From: Myxococcota bacterium
GTDB lineage: Bacteria; Myxococcota_A; SURF-8; G963663525
Assembly: GCA_963676915.2 (NCBI GenBank)
Contig: CAXXVK010000011.1
Coordinates: forward strand, 32,001 to 96,000
Length of the DNA stretch: 64,000 nt
Direction of reading: 5' to 3'
Under the pieces are notes generated by a model. It searched no databases, was not told the DNA's origin, and saw nothing but the letters and a program-made list of their open reading frames with translations. Position numbers and translations under genes: made by a program. Positions 28,613-38,678 of the stretch are shown one piece after another; position 1 is the stretch's first letter; each line of letters begins with the position of its first letter.

Positions 28613-30433
28613 TTAACTGGATAGCAGTTCCCTCAATTCCGGTTCGATTTCCCGAAAAGCCAATTCGATTTCGGGAAGTCGTTCGGGATTGTGCAGATAC
28701 AACCCCATCCAGGGATTGCGCAGAAACGTGGGGCCGTCATAGTCGGGCAAGACGAAGAACGTGACGATTCGTTCCTCTTTGCGAGTCCATTCCACACGAA
28801 TTCGATACTCGGAGCTTTTGGAAATCTCGGAAAAGTGAAAACCATTCGAAAACGCTTTTCGACCGGAAAACAAAGGACCAAGCGCTTTGATCAGTTGTCC
28901 GAAAAGACGAAAACGCTGTTTTTCCTTTTGCAGATCACGTTCCAGGATTTCCTTGAAGCGGCGAATCGCATCGAAACTTGTTTGAGACTCCGGGCGGTCC
29001 TGCAATTCGATATCGTTCTTTGGAGACATTTCCTTTGTTTCCTGAATCGTCGATTTATTGGATTCTTGGCAAAGTCCCTCTATCGTTTCAAGACCTTCGA
29101 GAATGTCCTGCTTTGTCAGATGTTTCGTACTGTAGTTTACACGTTGCGACTGCTGACGGTGTTCTTCGATGAAATCCTCCATCGTGTGCAGGTCCAATTC
29201 GACACTGTAACGTTCCGGAAAAAGGAACACTGGGGAGCAAGGATCGAGGTACATTGGCATGGCGCGACATTCGGCACCTTTTTCCCGGCATCGTTGCACC
29301 AGGTCGAGGGTCAGCGGCAGGTCATCGCGGGTTTCGAAGGGCAGTCCGTAGGAAAAAAACAAGCTTGTAGCGATTTCGTGACCGTGAATTCGCTCCAGAG
29401 CGTCCAGCAATTCATTGTTTGTGAAAGAAAACCCTTTGTTCTTTTTTCTCACTGTTTCAGAACCGCATTCCGGCGAGAGAATGATCATGGAATCCGAGGT
29501 GAACGTGGAAGCGAAACTTGCAAGAAAGCGGTCGGTAGGGAGATCCCATGCCTCGAAAATCATTCGGAATTTCATGCCTTCCGAACGAAGTTTGTCGAAA
29601 AGTTCCGCGTAATAGTCGCTTTGAGGGGCGGGATCGTAACAAAGACGCAACGAACCGATACCGTGATTCCATAAGGTTTGCAGGTCTTTTACGACTTTTT
29701 CGTGATCGAACAGAAAATAGGAGCTTCGGTCGAAATACCGTTTGTGAGCCAGACTTCCGCCTCCACAGACCGAACATGCCACCGGGCATCCACGGCCTGG
29801 AGTGTAGTAAAAGCATCGATGCAGATCGTAGATTTCTTCGTCGAAAAACAGGTATTTGTCGAAATAGTCCTCGGCATTTTCCAAAAGATCGATTCGGGCG
29901 TGGTTGACCTTCGAAAGGTTTTTTGTCGATCCGCAATAACCCATTGGATTGATTTGTACCGATCCGTTGTTTCTCCAACACAGATTCGGAATCGAATCGA
30001 ACGATCCTTTGTCTCGGCAGACACTTTGTGCCAATTGAACGAGAGGTTCCTCGCCATCGCCACGAATCACGGCGTCGATAAACGAAAATTTGTCGAGCAA
30101 TTCCTTGTAAAAAACACTGGCGGTGAACCCTCCCAACACGATCGTGCATTCGGGGAGAACCTCTCGCACCTGCCGGGCGACTTCCAGAACGTCCGCTATC
30201 TGGTAGTGCCAGTGCAGGGAGAATCCGACGAGTTTGGGGGTATGCGTCTGAAGGTAGGTTTTTAGTCGAAAATCGCGATCATGCAGCGTTTTCAGTCCGA
30301 AATGGAGGATTTTCGTAGAGATTCCCGCTTTGTCCAGCACGTCCGCCAACGAAAAAATCCCTGAAGGCAGAATATAGATAGCCTGTTGGTCCTTCGGGTG
30401 CATTTTCGGGATGTGTAGTAGCAAAGTCTCCAC
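28613..30433 (-). CDS. Cobalamin-binding radical SAM protein with C-terminal extension
   Basis: B12 domain (GFSLHWHYQ, LGGFTAS, RGDGE), GRGCPVACSVC, SPECGSE and YGLPFET. Confidence 0.88.
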   Translation of the reverse strand: METLLLHIPKMHPKDQQAIYILPSGIFSLADVLDKAGISTKILHFGLKTLHDRDFRLKTYLQTHTPKLVGFSLHWHYQIADVLEVARQVREVLPECTIVLGGFTASVFYKELLDKFSFIDAVIRGDGEEPLVQLAQSVCRDKGSFDSIPNLCWRNNGSVQINPMGYCGSTKNLSKVNHARIDLLENAEDYFDKYLFFDEEIYDLHRCFYYTPGRGCPVACSVCGGGSLAHKRYFDRSSYFLFDHEKVVKDLQTLWNHGIGSLRLCYDPAPQSDYYAELFDKLRSEGMKFRMIFEAWDLPTDRFLASFASTFTSDSMIILSPECGSETVRKKNKGFSFTNNELLDALERIHGHEIATSLFFSYGLPFETRDDLPLTLDLVQRCREKGAECRAMPMYLDPCSPVFLFPERYSVELDLHTMEDFIEEHRQQSQRVNYSTKHLTKQDILEGLETIEGLCQESNKSTIQETKEMSPKNDIELQDRPESQTSFDAIRRFKEILERDLQKEKQRFRLFGQLIKALGPLFSGRKAFSNGFHFSEISKSSEYRIRVEWTRKEERIVTFFVLPDYDGPTFLRNPWMGLYLHNPERLPEIELAFREIEPELRELLSS

Positions 30434-30634
30434 GATTCATCCTCGCCCAAGAGTCTTTCTGAAAAAGCTTTGCTTGGCTTTTGGTACTATAAAACACTTT
30501 TTACCATAACTTATCGCGATTTTTTATGATTGAGTCGGGCTTGTCAAGCTTCGGGATATTGCGTTTCGGGCTTGAATCTGTCATGACGTTTTTGTTTATA
30601 TAAATAGAGCACCCTTGTACCGACTTTAGCCCGA

Positions 30635-30798
30635 AACATTCATGAGAATCGTAGCGAGACGCCGAAAACCGAAGATCTTTCACGACGTTGGAACGATTTT
30701 CACCCGCAGGCATACTCAACAGTTTGTCGAGGATGAAAATCGGGAAACGAGTGAAAGATCGAGTATTTTCAAGTCGTAGGTGATTCTTCATGAATGAT
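30635..30798. mobile_element. 164-bp MITE-like dispersed repeat, copy A
   Basis: Inverted copy at 50840-51003 (about 11 mismatches by manual alignment). Imperfect terminal IR CATTCATGA(A)GAATC. Confidence 0.8.
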
Positions 30799-30891
30799 CC
30801 GGGTCAGGTGTCCGGGACTTTTTCTTGGCGAAAGCCGGGCTTTCCATTACAATCGGAGCCAGCCTTTGCAAAAAGGCGGGAAGGACTCGCC

Positions 30892-31992
30892 ATGTCTATC
30901 TGGTGCATCGTTAGCGTACGGCCGAATTTTATCAAGTTCGCGCCGCTCGTGAAGGAGCTTGAGCAGCGCGGTCACGCGCCGAAAATCGTGAATACCGGCC
31001 AGCATTACGACGACCGGATGAGCAGTATTTTTTTCGAGGAACTCGAAATCCGTAATCCGGATGCCAATCTGGGGGTCGGGTCCGGCTCCCATGCCGTGCA
31101 GACCGCCGAAATCATGCTCGGTCTGGATGAAGAGTTCCGTAACGACCGCCCGGACCTCGTGGTTGTCCTGGGGGCGGATAACTCCAGCCTTGCCGGATCG
31201 CTGACCGCTGCGAAACTCGGCATTCCGGTGGCACACATCGACGCCGGATTATGTAGCGAATCCCTGCATACGGCGCAAATCATCAACCGAAAGCTGATCG
31301 ATTCGTTGTCTACGCTCCATTTCGTGCATTCCGAGGATGCGCGCAAAGTGCTGTTGAACGAACAGATCGACGAAGAAAACATCCATTTCGTAGGCAACTT
31401 GTTGATCGATGTGCTCAAGGGCTACGAGGTGTCGATTCGTTCCTGTCCGGTTCTCGAAGAGATGGAATTCAAACCCGGTGGATACGGCTTGGTGACCATG
31501 CATCTGCCTCACAACGTCGATAAAGAGGAAGTGCTGATCGACCTGCTCGAAACTTTCCGGGAACTGGCTGGACGCTTGCCGTTAATCTACCCGGTACATC
31601 CCCGCACGCGCAACATGCTGCATCGCTTCGGATTATGGGAAGAGTTGGAAAGCATCGAAGGCATGACCCCGACCGAGCCTTTAGGATATTTTTCGTTCCA
31701 AGCTCTGCTAAGTCAGGCCAAAATGGTGTTAACCGATTCGGGTGGTGTGCAGGAAGAGGCAACCATCTGGGGCGTTCCCTGCTTGACGCTGGCCGGAGAA
31801 ACCTCCAGTCGGGTGACGGTCCGGCAGGGCACGAACTCGCTGGTAGGCAATCAAAAAGTTGCAATTCTGCACCACGCGGAAAAAGTGCTTCGTGGCGAGG
31901 GGAAAAAGGCTAATATTCCCGAGTTATGGGATGGCCATGCCGCTCCGCGCATTGTTGACGTGCTGTTGAATATCCTGGAAGAACGGGACTGA
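30892..31992 (+). CDS. wecB: UDP-GlcNAc 2-epimerase (WecB)-like protein with substituted catalytic residues
   Basis: RPNFIK, TGQHYD, VGSGSHA, PVHPRT, TDSGGVQEE and WDGHAA. ATG 30892 follows AGGA. Confidence 0.8.
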   Translation: MSIWCIVSVRPNFIKFAPLVKELEQRGHAPKIVNTGQHYDDRMSSIFFEELEIRNPDANLGVGSGSHAVQTAEIMLGLDEEFRNDRPDLVVVLGADNSSLAGSLTAAKLGIPVAHIDAGLCSESLHTAQIINRKLIDSLSTLHFVHSEDARKVLLNEQIDEENIHFVGNLLIDVLKGYEVSIRSCPVLEEMEFKPGGYGLVTMHLPHNVDKEEVLIDLLETFRELAGRLPLIYPVHPRTRNMLHRFGLWEELESIEGMTPTEPLGYFSFQALLSQAKMVLTDSGGVQEEATIWGVPCLTLAGETSSRVTVRQGTNSLVGNQKVAILHHAEKVLRGEGKKANIPELWDGHAAPRIVDVLLNILEERD

Positions 31993-32040
31993 TCCCGTCA
32001 TTTCGCGTCATTTCGCAAACAAATATTTTTGATCGTCAGT

Positions 32041-33552
32041 TTACAGTGAGGTGCCATCGCTTTCGACTCGGTACGCCTCGACGATGGCTTGGTCGGCGAT
32101 GTCGTAAATCAGGAAATCCATAGGATCATCGTACCCAAGGATTAACCGGGTGCGGTCCGGTAGGATGCCGATCCGATTGGGATTGCAGCTAATACGTCCG
32201 GGGAGCCAGAAAAGACAATCCACGGGTACGAAATCGAGGGTTGCGGCTTCGGCATCGAGCAGGTACAGGCCGTCATCGGCAAGATACGTGATTTCGTTGG
32301 TGGTTCCCATTACGTATTTCGACAGACTCAAGTTCGGTCCATCGACTTTCGACAGGATTTTCGTTTCGGCATCTACCACCCATATTCCTGTTTCGATGGA
32401 TTCCTTCGAGTAAATCAGCACCGAACGGCTGTCCGGTGTGATCGTGTATAGCGGCAAAATCTCCCCAAGGTTCACGATGTCGGTATGGCGGGTTTCCGGG
32501 TAGAGGAACATCAGGCTGTAAAGGGTATCGGTCAAGATTCCGGTCATGTCATTCAATGTGTTCTTACGTCCGAAAGCCAGGGCGTATTCGCCGGAGGGTG
32601 CAAAATCCACCGGACCGAAACCAGGGACGGTTTCGATGTAACTGTGACTCTCCAGGTTAATTATCGAGACGGGGTCGGCACCGGAAAAGCTTGAATGGCA
32701 CCAGGTCGGTGCAAGCATTCCCAAAGCGCCATCGGGGGAAATTTCTATGGAAGCGGCACAGTTTGGAACAAGTAGTTTTTTGATTTTCTTCGGATTTTTG
32801 CTTGAGAAGAAAGAAAGCTTCGAACCAATGCGTGCACTGTCCTGATCGCTTACAGGAAAACATTTCCACTCGTCCCCGTCGAACGGGTAATGATGCACCA
32901 CCACCCATTCAGAGGTAGCTGCACTCCAGACGAAATCATAAATGTAATCGGAAAATTCATAGGTTTGCGACTCGAAGGTTTCCATATCGACCCGCACGCT
33001 CGTATCTCGTTCGCCCCAACAGATGACTTCCGTGCCGCTTTCATTGATGGACAGGTAGCTGTCACGCACGGGGACTACGTATTTTTTCAACACGGACCCG
33101 CTTGGCAGATCGACGATTGTCAGGACGTTTTGATCGCCGTCGTTGCAATTTGCGTAGATGCTATCGTCCATCGTGATCCAGGAGCCATTGCTTTCGAACA
33201 TGCAGGCTGGCCAGGAGAGGAAAATCGCCCGGTTGTCTTTGGTAAAAGCTACCCGCTGGGGATGCAAAGGGATATCGAGCCAATGGCCTGTTCCGTCTTG
33301 AAGATCCAGGGCGTAGGTTTTGGTATCGCTGGTTACGAAGATCACGAAGCGACCTTCATTGTCGATTACAACCTGTTCGTCCAGCAATTGGCCGCGCACG
33401 GCGTTTCCCGGAGCGACTTCGTTTTCGTTGCGTCCAGCTTGATTCCAGTCGTCCTCGCGCCAGTCGATTTCTCCGCAGCCGATTCCTGTCAGAGACAGTG
33501 CGCCCAGACACCAAAGCAATAGTAGAGGAACAGCGTATTTGAAAGAAGACAT
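32041..33552 (-). CDS. Beta-propeller (YncE/WD40-like) lipoprotein, type A copy 1
   Basis: Lipobox GIGC, repeated SPDG/TPD blades, paralog of 35402-36886. ATG 33552 follows AGGAG. Confidence 0.8.
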   Translation of the reverse strand: MSSFKYAVPLLLLWCLGALSLTGIGCGEIDWREDDWNQAGRNENEVAPGNAVRGQLLDEQVVIDNEGRFVIFVTSDTKTYALDLQDGTGHWLDIPLHPQRVAFTKDNRAIFLSWPACMFESNGSWITMDDSIYANCNDGDQNVLTIVDLPSGSVLKKYVVPVRDSYLSINESGTEVICWGERDTSVRVDMETFESQTYEFSDYIYDFVWSAATSEWVVVHHYPFDGDEWKCFPVSDQDSARIGSKLSFFSSKNPKKIKKLLVPNCAASIEISPDGALGMLAPTWCHSSFSGADPVSIINLESHSYIETVPGFGPVDFAPSGEYALAFGRKNTLNDMTGILTDTLYSLMFLYPETRHTDIVNLGEILPLYTITPDSRSVLIYSKESIETGIWVVDAETKILSKVDGPNLSLSKYVMGTTNEITYLADDGLYLLDAEAATLDFVPVDCLFWLPGRISCNPNRIGILPDRTRLILGYDDPMDFLIYDIADQAIVEAYRVESDGTSL

Positions 33553-33565
33553 GGTTCTTCTCCTA

Positions 33566-35224
33566 TTAGTGAAGCTCGAAACGGGTTGTAACTTCTTGGG
33601 TTTCTGTGTCGTAGACCAAGACGCTTCGTGTGTTTGCGAAGCCCAATAGCAGGTATTTTCCACCGCTGACGCCGAACAGCATTCTCAAATCCCTGATCGT
33701 GAATTCTTCACCTAGCCACGATCCGACATCGATGGAAACCATTTCCTGAGTATTTTCCACAAGGTCGAAGCGTTTCAGGCCAACGGCGTCGCCACCGATG
33801 TACAATTCGTCTCCTTCTGTAGAAAACGCTCGATAGGAATTGACCGACGATACGCCGAGAGAGTTCCACTCACCCGTTTCCAGGTTGTAGACAACCAGGC
33901 CACCATCATCTTCGGGATATGCCAACAGTCGTTTGGAGTCGGGAGAAAAACGCTCCGGGATCATCGGTTCATCGGTCGGGATTTCTTCGCTTTGGAAGGA
34001 TTCCAAGTCCAGTAATAACCAGGAGGCGTTTTCCTCGTCCCCATCTTCTGCGAGCAGGACGAGGCGTTTTCCATCGGGACTCATTTCAAAATGACTTGTT
34101 TCCGGGTAGCGGTCGATGACTTCCATCGTTTCGAAATCGATCAGGCAGCTTGGGAAGGATGTTTTTTGGTAATAGGTATGCAATAAGGCAAGAGAAGATT
34201 GCGGGATGTGGGTGCCGAAAGTCGGGCAACCTTGTGCGTCTAGCACGGCTTCCGGCGTTAGAGTGTCGCCCGAAAAGCGAATGAACGTTGGATCGACCTG
34301 TATGGGATCTTCATCCGGTCGTTCCTCTTCGAGAGTGAACATAAATAGGAATTTTTCGGCGTTTTCCCAGAAGACGTAAAATGGACGATAATAGTTCGAG
34401 TTGGTGGAAGCATTCAAGAAAGAGGTGGCGACCTCTTCTCCGAGCGTTTCCGAAAGCTTTTCGTACAGAGGAATCGTGGCGATTTCCGTTAATTCGTTGT
34501 TTAGAATCGACAACGTACCCGAACCATCGCTCCAGTTTTCCAAATCCGCCATGATCAGCTTGGTCTCTTCGGGGAACGGGACGAACCGTTTGGTTTTACA
34601 AGGATATTCTGCGGGGTCGATCAAGGTCTTTTCGGATTCGTAAGAAATGAGCGCGACTTGATCGTCTTCCCAGTACAATACTTTGTCTTCATACGGACGA
34701 ATGTTGGTCGGTACATGATACACCGAGTTGGCATCGACGGTTCGATTTCCAAAGGTATGTACGTAGTCATGTCGAAAAAGGAAAAGACTTAAATTGTCGT
34801 TTGTATCGTTGGGCAGGACAATCTTTCTGCTGATATTCCAAGTTTCGGTATCGACCGCCCAAAGTGTGTTCATCCAGCTTTCAGTCTGGTCTTTTCCCTG
34901 GAAAAGGATGTATTTTCCATAGTCGTGTAATTTGTAGTATTCGTAGAATGTAAAAAATCCGGAATCTGAATCTGTTGAATCACTGTCCCCGTCCGGTGCA
35001 ACCATCGTTACATCGCCATCGCCGACTATAGAATGCGTCCATGGGCTATCGGGGGCGGTCCAGGGATAGAGGCAAGAACCTTCGGTGTACCTTCCAGGGT
35101 TATAAACATAACCCTCGTCGCTATCTGTCGAGAAATCTATGCAAGATACGGGAAGTAAGCTGATAACCAGGACGAGCCAGGGAAAAGAATACGGGAAATG
35201 ATTTTTGTCTCGTTTCAGGCACAT
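33566..35224 (-). CDS. Beta-propeller lipoprotein, type B copy 1
   Basis: Lipobox PVSC, PWTHS, LWAVDTETW and SPDGKRL. Paralog of 36899-38491. Confidence 0.78.
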   Translation of the reverse strand: MCLKRDKNHFPYSFPWLVLVISLLPVSCIDFSTDSDEGYVYNPGRYTEGSCLYPWTAPDSPWTHSIVGDGDVTMVAPDGDSDSTDSDSGFFTFYEYYKLHDYGKYILFQGKDQTESWMNTLWAVDTETWNISRKIVLPNDTNDNLSLFLFRHDYVHTFGNRTVDANSVYHVPTNIRPYEDKVLYWEDDQVALISYESEKTLIDPAEYPCKTKRFVPFPEETKLIMADLENWSDGSGTLSILNNELTEIATIPLYEKLSETLGEEVATSFLNASTNSNYYRPFYVFWENAEKFLFMFTLEEERPDEDPIQVDPTFIRFSGDTLTPEAVLDAQGCPTFGTHIPQSSLALLHTYYQKTSFPSCLIDFETMEVIDRYPETSHFEMSPDGKRLVLLAEDGDEENASWLLLDLESFQSEEIPTDEPMIPERFSPDSKRLLAYPEDDGGLVVYNLETGEWNSLGVSSVNSYRAFSTEGDELYIGGDAVGLKRFDLVENTQEMVSIDVGSWLGEEFTIRDLRMLFGVSGGKYLLLGFANTRSVLVYDTETQEVTTRFELH

Positions 35225-35401
35225 GATCATCCTCACATGAAAAAGCACGATTGCTTGACATGTCCCAAAATCCTCTGAAAGGATTCATCTTGGATTCACT
35301 GTGCCCTGGCTGTTTGAAACAGTGTATTCGAAATTGGAGGCGAGTTCAATCTTTTCTGAGGATAAAGTTTGTTTTGGATAAGAGGTTTCATGCAAAGCTT
35401 C

Positions 35402-36886
35402 TTATCTGCTGTATGACGACGCTTCCCCTGTTTCCAATGATGTGTCGTCACTTTCCACTCGATACGCTTCGATGATGGCTTGGTCGGCGATGTCGTAGAC
35501 GAGGAAATCCATGGGATTATCGTACCCGAGAACCAGCCGGGTGCGGTCCGGTAAGATGCCGATCCGATTGGGATTGCAGTTTGTACGGTTGGGGAACCAG
35601 GACAGACAATCCACGGGCACAAATTCGAGAGTTGCAACTTGGGCGTCGAGCAGGTACAAGCCGTCATCGGCAAGATACGTGATTTCGTTGGTGGTTCCCA
35701 TGACGTATTTCGACAGACTCAAGTTGGGACCATCGACTTTCGACAGAATTTTCGTTTCGGCGTCTACCACCCAGATTCCCGTTTCGACGGATTCCTTCGA
35801 GTAAATCAGCACCGAATGGCTGTCCGGTGTGATCGTGTACAGCGGCAGGATTGCTCCGAGGTTCACGATGTCGGTATGTCGGGTTTCCGGGTAGAGGAAC
35901 ATCAGGCTGTAGAGACTATCGGTCAAAATTCCGGTCATGTCATTCAATGTGTTCTTACGTCCGAAAGCCAGGGCGTATTCGCCGGAGGGTGCAAAATCCA
36001 CAGGACCGAAACCTGGGATGGTTTCGATGTAGCGGTGATTCTTCAAGTCGATCATCGAGACGGGATCGGGAAGTGAGGCAGGATTGGTGAAAGAAGTATA
36101 ATCAGGATGACACCAAGTAGGTGCGAGCATTCCCAAGCTGCCATCGGGGGAAATTTCCATGGAAGCGGCACAGTTGGGAACAAGCACTTCTTTGATTTTG
36201 TTCGGGCTTTTACTCGAGAAAAAGGAGATTTTCGAGCCAAGGCGCGACTCGTCACGGTCTACTTTATCGAATTTTTTCCAATCGGAATCTTCGAACGGTG
36301 CGTGATGCACGACGAGCCATTCCGAACGGATCGGATTCCAGCGAATGTCCCAGATGTATTCGTCGAACGCTAAGGAAGTCATTTTTTCTGATTCCAGGTC
36401 AATCAGCACTGCCGTGAACTCTTCTCCCCAGCAAATCAACTTGTCCCGCTTATCGTTTACGGAGAGATATTTATGTTGCTGACTTATTGGGATCTTTCTT
36501 AAAAGATTTCCGTCTTCCAGATCGACTATCGCCAGGTAATTGCCGCTCTCGGTAAAAACAGCCCGGTTGTCCATGCCAAATGCCACCCGTCGGGGATTGA
36601 TGGAAACGTTTAGCCGTTTAGCCGTCCCGTTTTCCAGATCCAGTGCATAGGTTTTTCCCTCGTCGGTTGCGGCGACCGCGAATCGTCCTTCATCGTCGAT
36701 GACAACCTGCCCATCGAGAAGCTGGCCCCGTTGACCGCTTCCTGGGCTGATTTCGTTTTCGTTGCGTCCTCCCTGGTTCCAGTCATCCTCGCGCCAATCC
36801 AGTTCCCCGCATCCAAACGAAACGGTTGAAAACGAACTCAAAACGAAAAGCAACAAGCATGGAACGATATATTTTATGGGAAACAT
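35402..36886 (-). CDS. Beta-propeller lipoprotein, type A copy 2
   Basis: Lipobox SFGC and GELDWREDDWNQ. The C-terminal half is nearly identical to copy 1. Confidence 0.8.
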   Translation of the reverse strand: MFPIKYIVPCLLLFVLSSFSTVSFGCGELDWREDDWNQGGRNENEISPGSGQRGQLLDGQVVIDDEGRFAVAATDEGKTYALDLENGTAKRLNVSINPRRVAFGMDNRAVFTESGNYLAIVDLEDGNLLRKIPISQQHKYLSVNDKRDKLICWGEEFTAVLIDLESEKMTSLAFDEYIWDIRWNPIRSEWLVVHHAPFEDSDWKKFDKVDRDESRLGSKISFFSSKSPNKIKEVLVPNCAASMEISPDGSLGMLAPTWCHPDYTSFTNPASLPDPVSMIDLKNHRYIETIPGFGPVDFAPSGEYALAFGRKNTLNDMTGILTDSLYSLMFLYPETRHTDIVNLGAILPLYTITPDSHSVLIYSKESVETGIWVVDAETKILSKVDGPNLSLSKYVMGTTNEITYLADDGLYLLDAQVATLEFVPVDCLSWFPNRTNCNPNRIGILPDRTRLVLGYDNPMDFLVYDIADQAIIEAYRVESDDTSLETGEASSYSR

Positions 36887-36898
36887 GGGCTTCCTCCT

Positions 36899-38491
36899 TT
36901 AGGGCAACTCGAAGCTTGTTACGATTTCCTGGCTCTCCGTGTCGAACACCAATAGGTTCCAGGTGTTTTCGAAGCCGAGAAGAAGAAATTTCCCCTCATT
37001 GACACCGAACAGCAAGTTCGGCTGATTACCGGAAAACTCCTCGCCAAGCCACGGTGCAACATCGAGGGAAACCGTTTCCTCCGTATTTTTCACCAGATCG
37101 TATCGTTTCAATCCAAATTTGTCGTTGAGCAGATACAATTCATTTCCATCTGAGGTAAACGCGAATTCGGAAGCACTGGACGGAAGGTATATGTTGTTCC
37201 ATTCTTTTGTCTCGAAATTGTAAACTTTGTATATCGTTGGAAAATTACTGTTTGGCCGCGCCAACAGCCGCTTGCCATCGGGAGAGAACTGCGAGGGTAC
37301 CAATGGGAAATCCGTTGGGATTTCTTCGGTTTGAAGAGTTTCGAAATCCAAATACTGCCAACGAGAGGGATACGAGTACTCCACTTCGTCGGATTCTTCT
37401 TTATCCGAGGACTCTTCTTCGAACACTTCGAGAAGGACGAGCCGTCGGCCGTTGGGTGCTACCGCAAGATGCTGTGTTGCCGGCAAGCGGCTGACGACCT
37501 CCATCGCGTCGAAATCGATCAGACAACTGGAATAAGGTGTTTTTTTATCCGGTGTACTTAGCAACGCATACGAAGAGTTGGGAATGTAGGTGCCGAAAGA
37601 CGGGCAGTTTTCTGCAGTTAATATCGCTTCAGGTTCAAGAGGATCACCTGAAAAACGGATAAACGTTGGGTTTGCAAAGTCTACAAACCAGTTCGTAATA
37701 TCCGGATTATATACATGAGCATAAGAGAAGATAAACGTTTCCTCATTTAGCCAGAAAAAATCATAGGGATAGAAAGTTCCAATTGATATACTTGCTTCGG
37801 TGAATGAATCTGCCGTTTCTTGTCCAAAAGTATCCAAAATGGTGTCGTAGAGAGAAATGTTATATTTCTCTTTCAGATTTTCATCGAGAATTGCCAGCTT
37901 CCCTGAGCCATCTTCCCAGTTTTCGAAATCCACCATCACTACGTTCGGTGTGTCGGGAAAAGGAATGAACTGTCGATAACCACAGGGGTAGTTCGTGGGT
38001 TCGATCAAGGTTTGATCAGCATTGTATGAAAGCAGAGAAAAATTGTTTCCACTACAAATCATCAATCGGTTTTTGTAGGGGAGATTATTGTTCCATGGGT
38101 TGTACGAATGATCTCCGAATGTTCGAATGAGGTCGTTGGAAGCTTTCGAGATGGCGAAATAAATTGTGTTTGCAGAAAATACGAAGTTTCTGGTTCTCCA
38201 GTTTTCAGTATCGACCGCCCAAAGAACCTGCTTGGTATTGTCTTTGATCTCTTTTCTTCCCAGGAAGAGAACATATCGGCCATAATCGTACAGTTTGTCG
38301 TAAAAGACGTTTCCTTCTTCCTTCGATGCTTCCATCGTTGCCGTGTTTTCGTCACCGGATAACGAATGCGTCCATGGGATGTCTTTTTCGTAAGAATCGT
38401 CTACGCAACCCCAGAGGATTTGTCCGCTGAGGAGGACTCCAAGAATCAGGAGAAATATGCAAGTTTTCTTATCCTTTGTTTTTAGGCGCAT
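36899..38491 (-). CDS. Beta-propeller lipoprotein, type B copy 2
   Basis: Lipobox LWGC, PWTHS, LWAVDTENW and SPDGKRL. ATG 38491 follows GAGGA. Confidence 0.78.
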   Translation of the reverse strand: MRLKTKDKKTCIFLLILGVLLSGQILWGCVDDSYEKDIPWTHSLSGDENTATMEASKEEGNVFYDKLYDYGRYVLFLGRKEIKDNTKQVLWAVDTENWRTRNFVFSANTIYFAISKASNDLIRTFGDHSYNPWNNNLPYKNRLMICSGNNFSLLSYNADQTLIEPTNYPCGYRQFIPFPDTPNVVMVDFENWEDGSGKLAILDENLKEKYNISLYDTILDTFGQETADSFTEASISIGTFYPYDFFWLNEETFIFSYAHVYNPDITNWFVDFANPTFIRFSGDPLEPEAILTAENCPSFGTYIPNSSYALLSTPDKKTPYSSCLIDFDAMEVVSRLPATQHLAVAPNGRRLVLLEVFEEESSDKEESDEVEYSYPSRWQYLDFETLQTEEIPTDFPLVPSQFSPDGKRLLARPNSNFPTIYKVYNFETKEWNNIYLPSSASEFAFTSDGNELYLLNDKFGLKRYDLVKNTEETVSLDVAPWLGEEFSGNQPNLLFGVNEGKFLLLGFENTWNLLVFDTESQEIVTSFELP

Positions 38492-38678
38492 TTCATCCTC
38501 ACATACGATGCACATGAATGGTCATCACGTTACGAAAATCCTCTAATCGGATTTTTCTGATTCATTTTGCCCGGACACTCTATAAGTGGTTCGAGCCAAC
38601 GAAACCTTTTCTGTTTTTAACGAAAAAAATGGTTTTAAAAAGCACCTGGATTTCTAAGAGTTACAGAAATCTCTTTGG

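Noticed and set aside
32061-36031. Diversity-generating retroelement (template/variable repeat pair)
   Set aside because: Differences between the repeats are mostly synonymous and not adenine-specific. Both copies are coding, and no reverse transcriptase is present.
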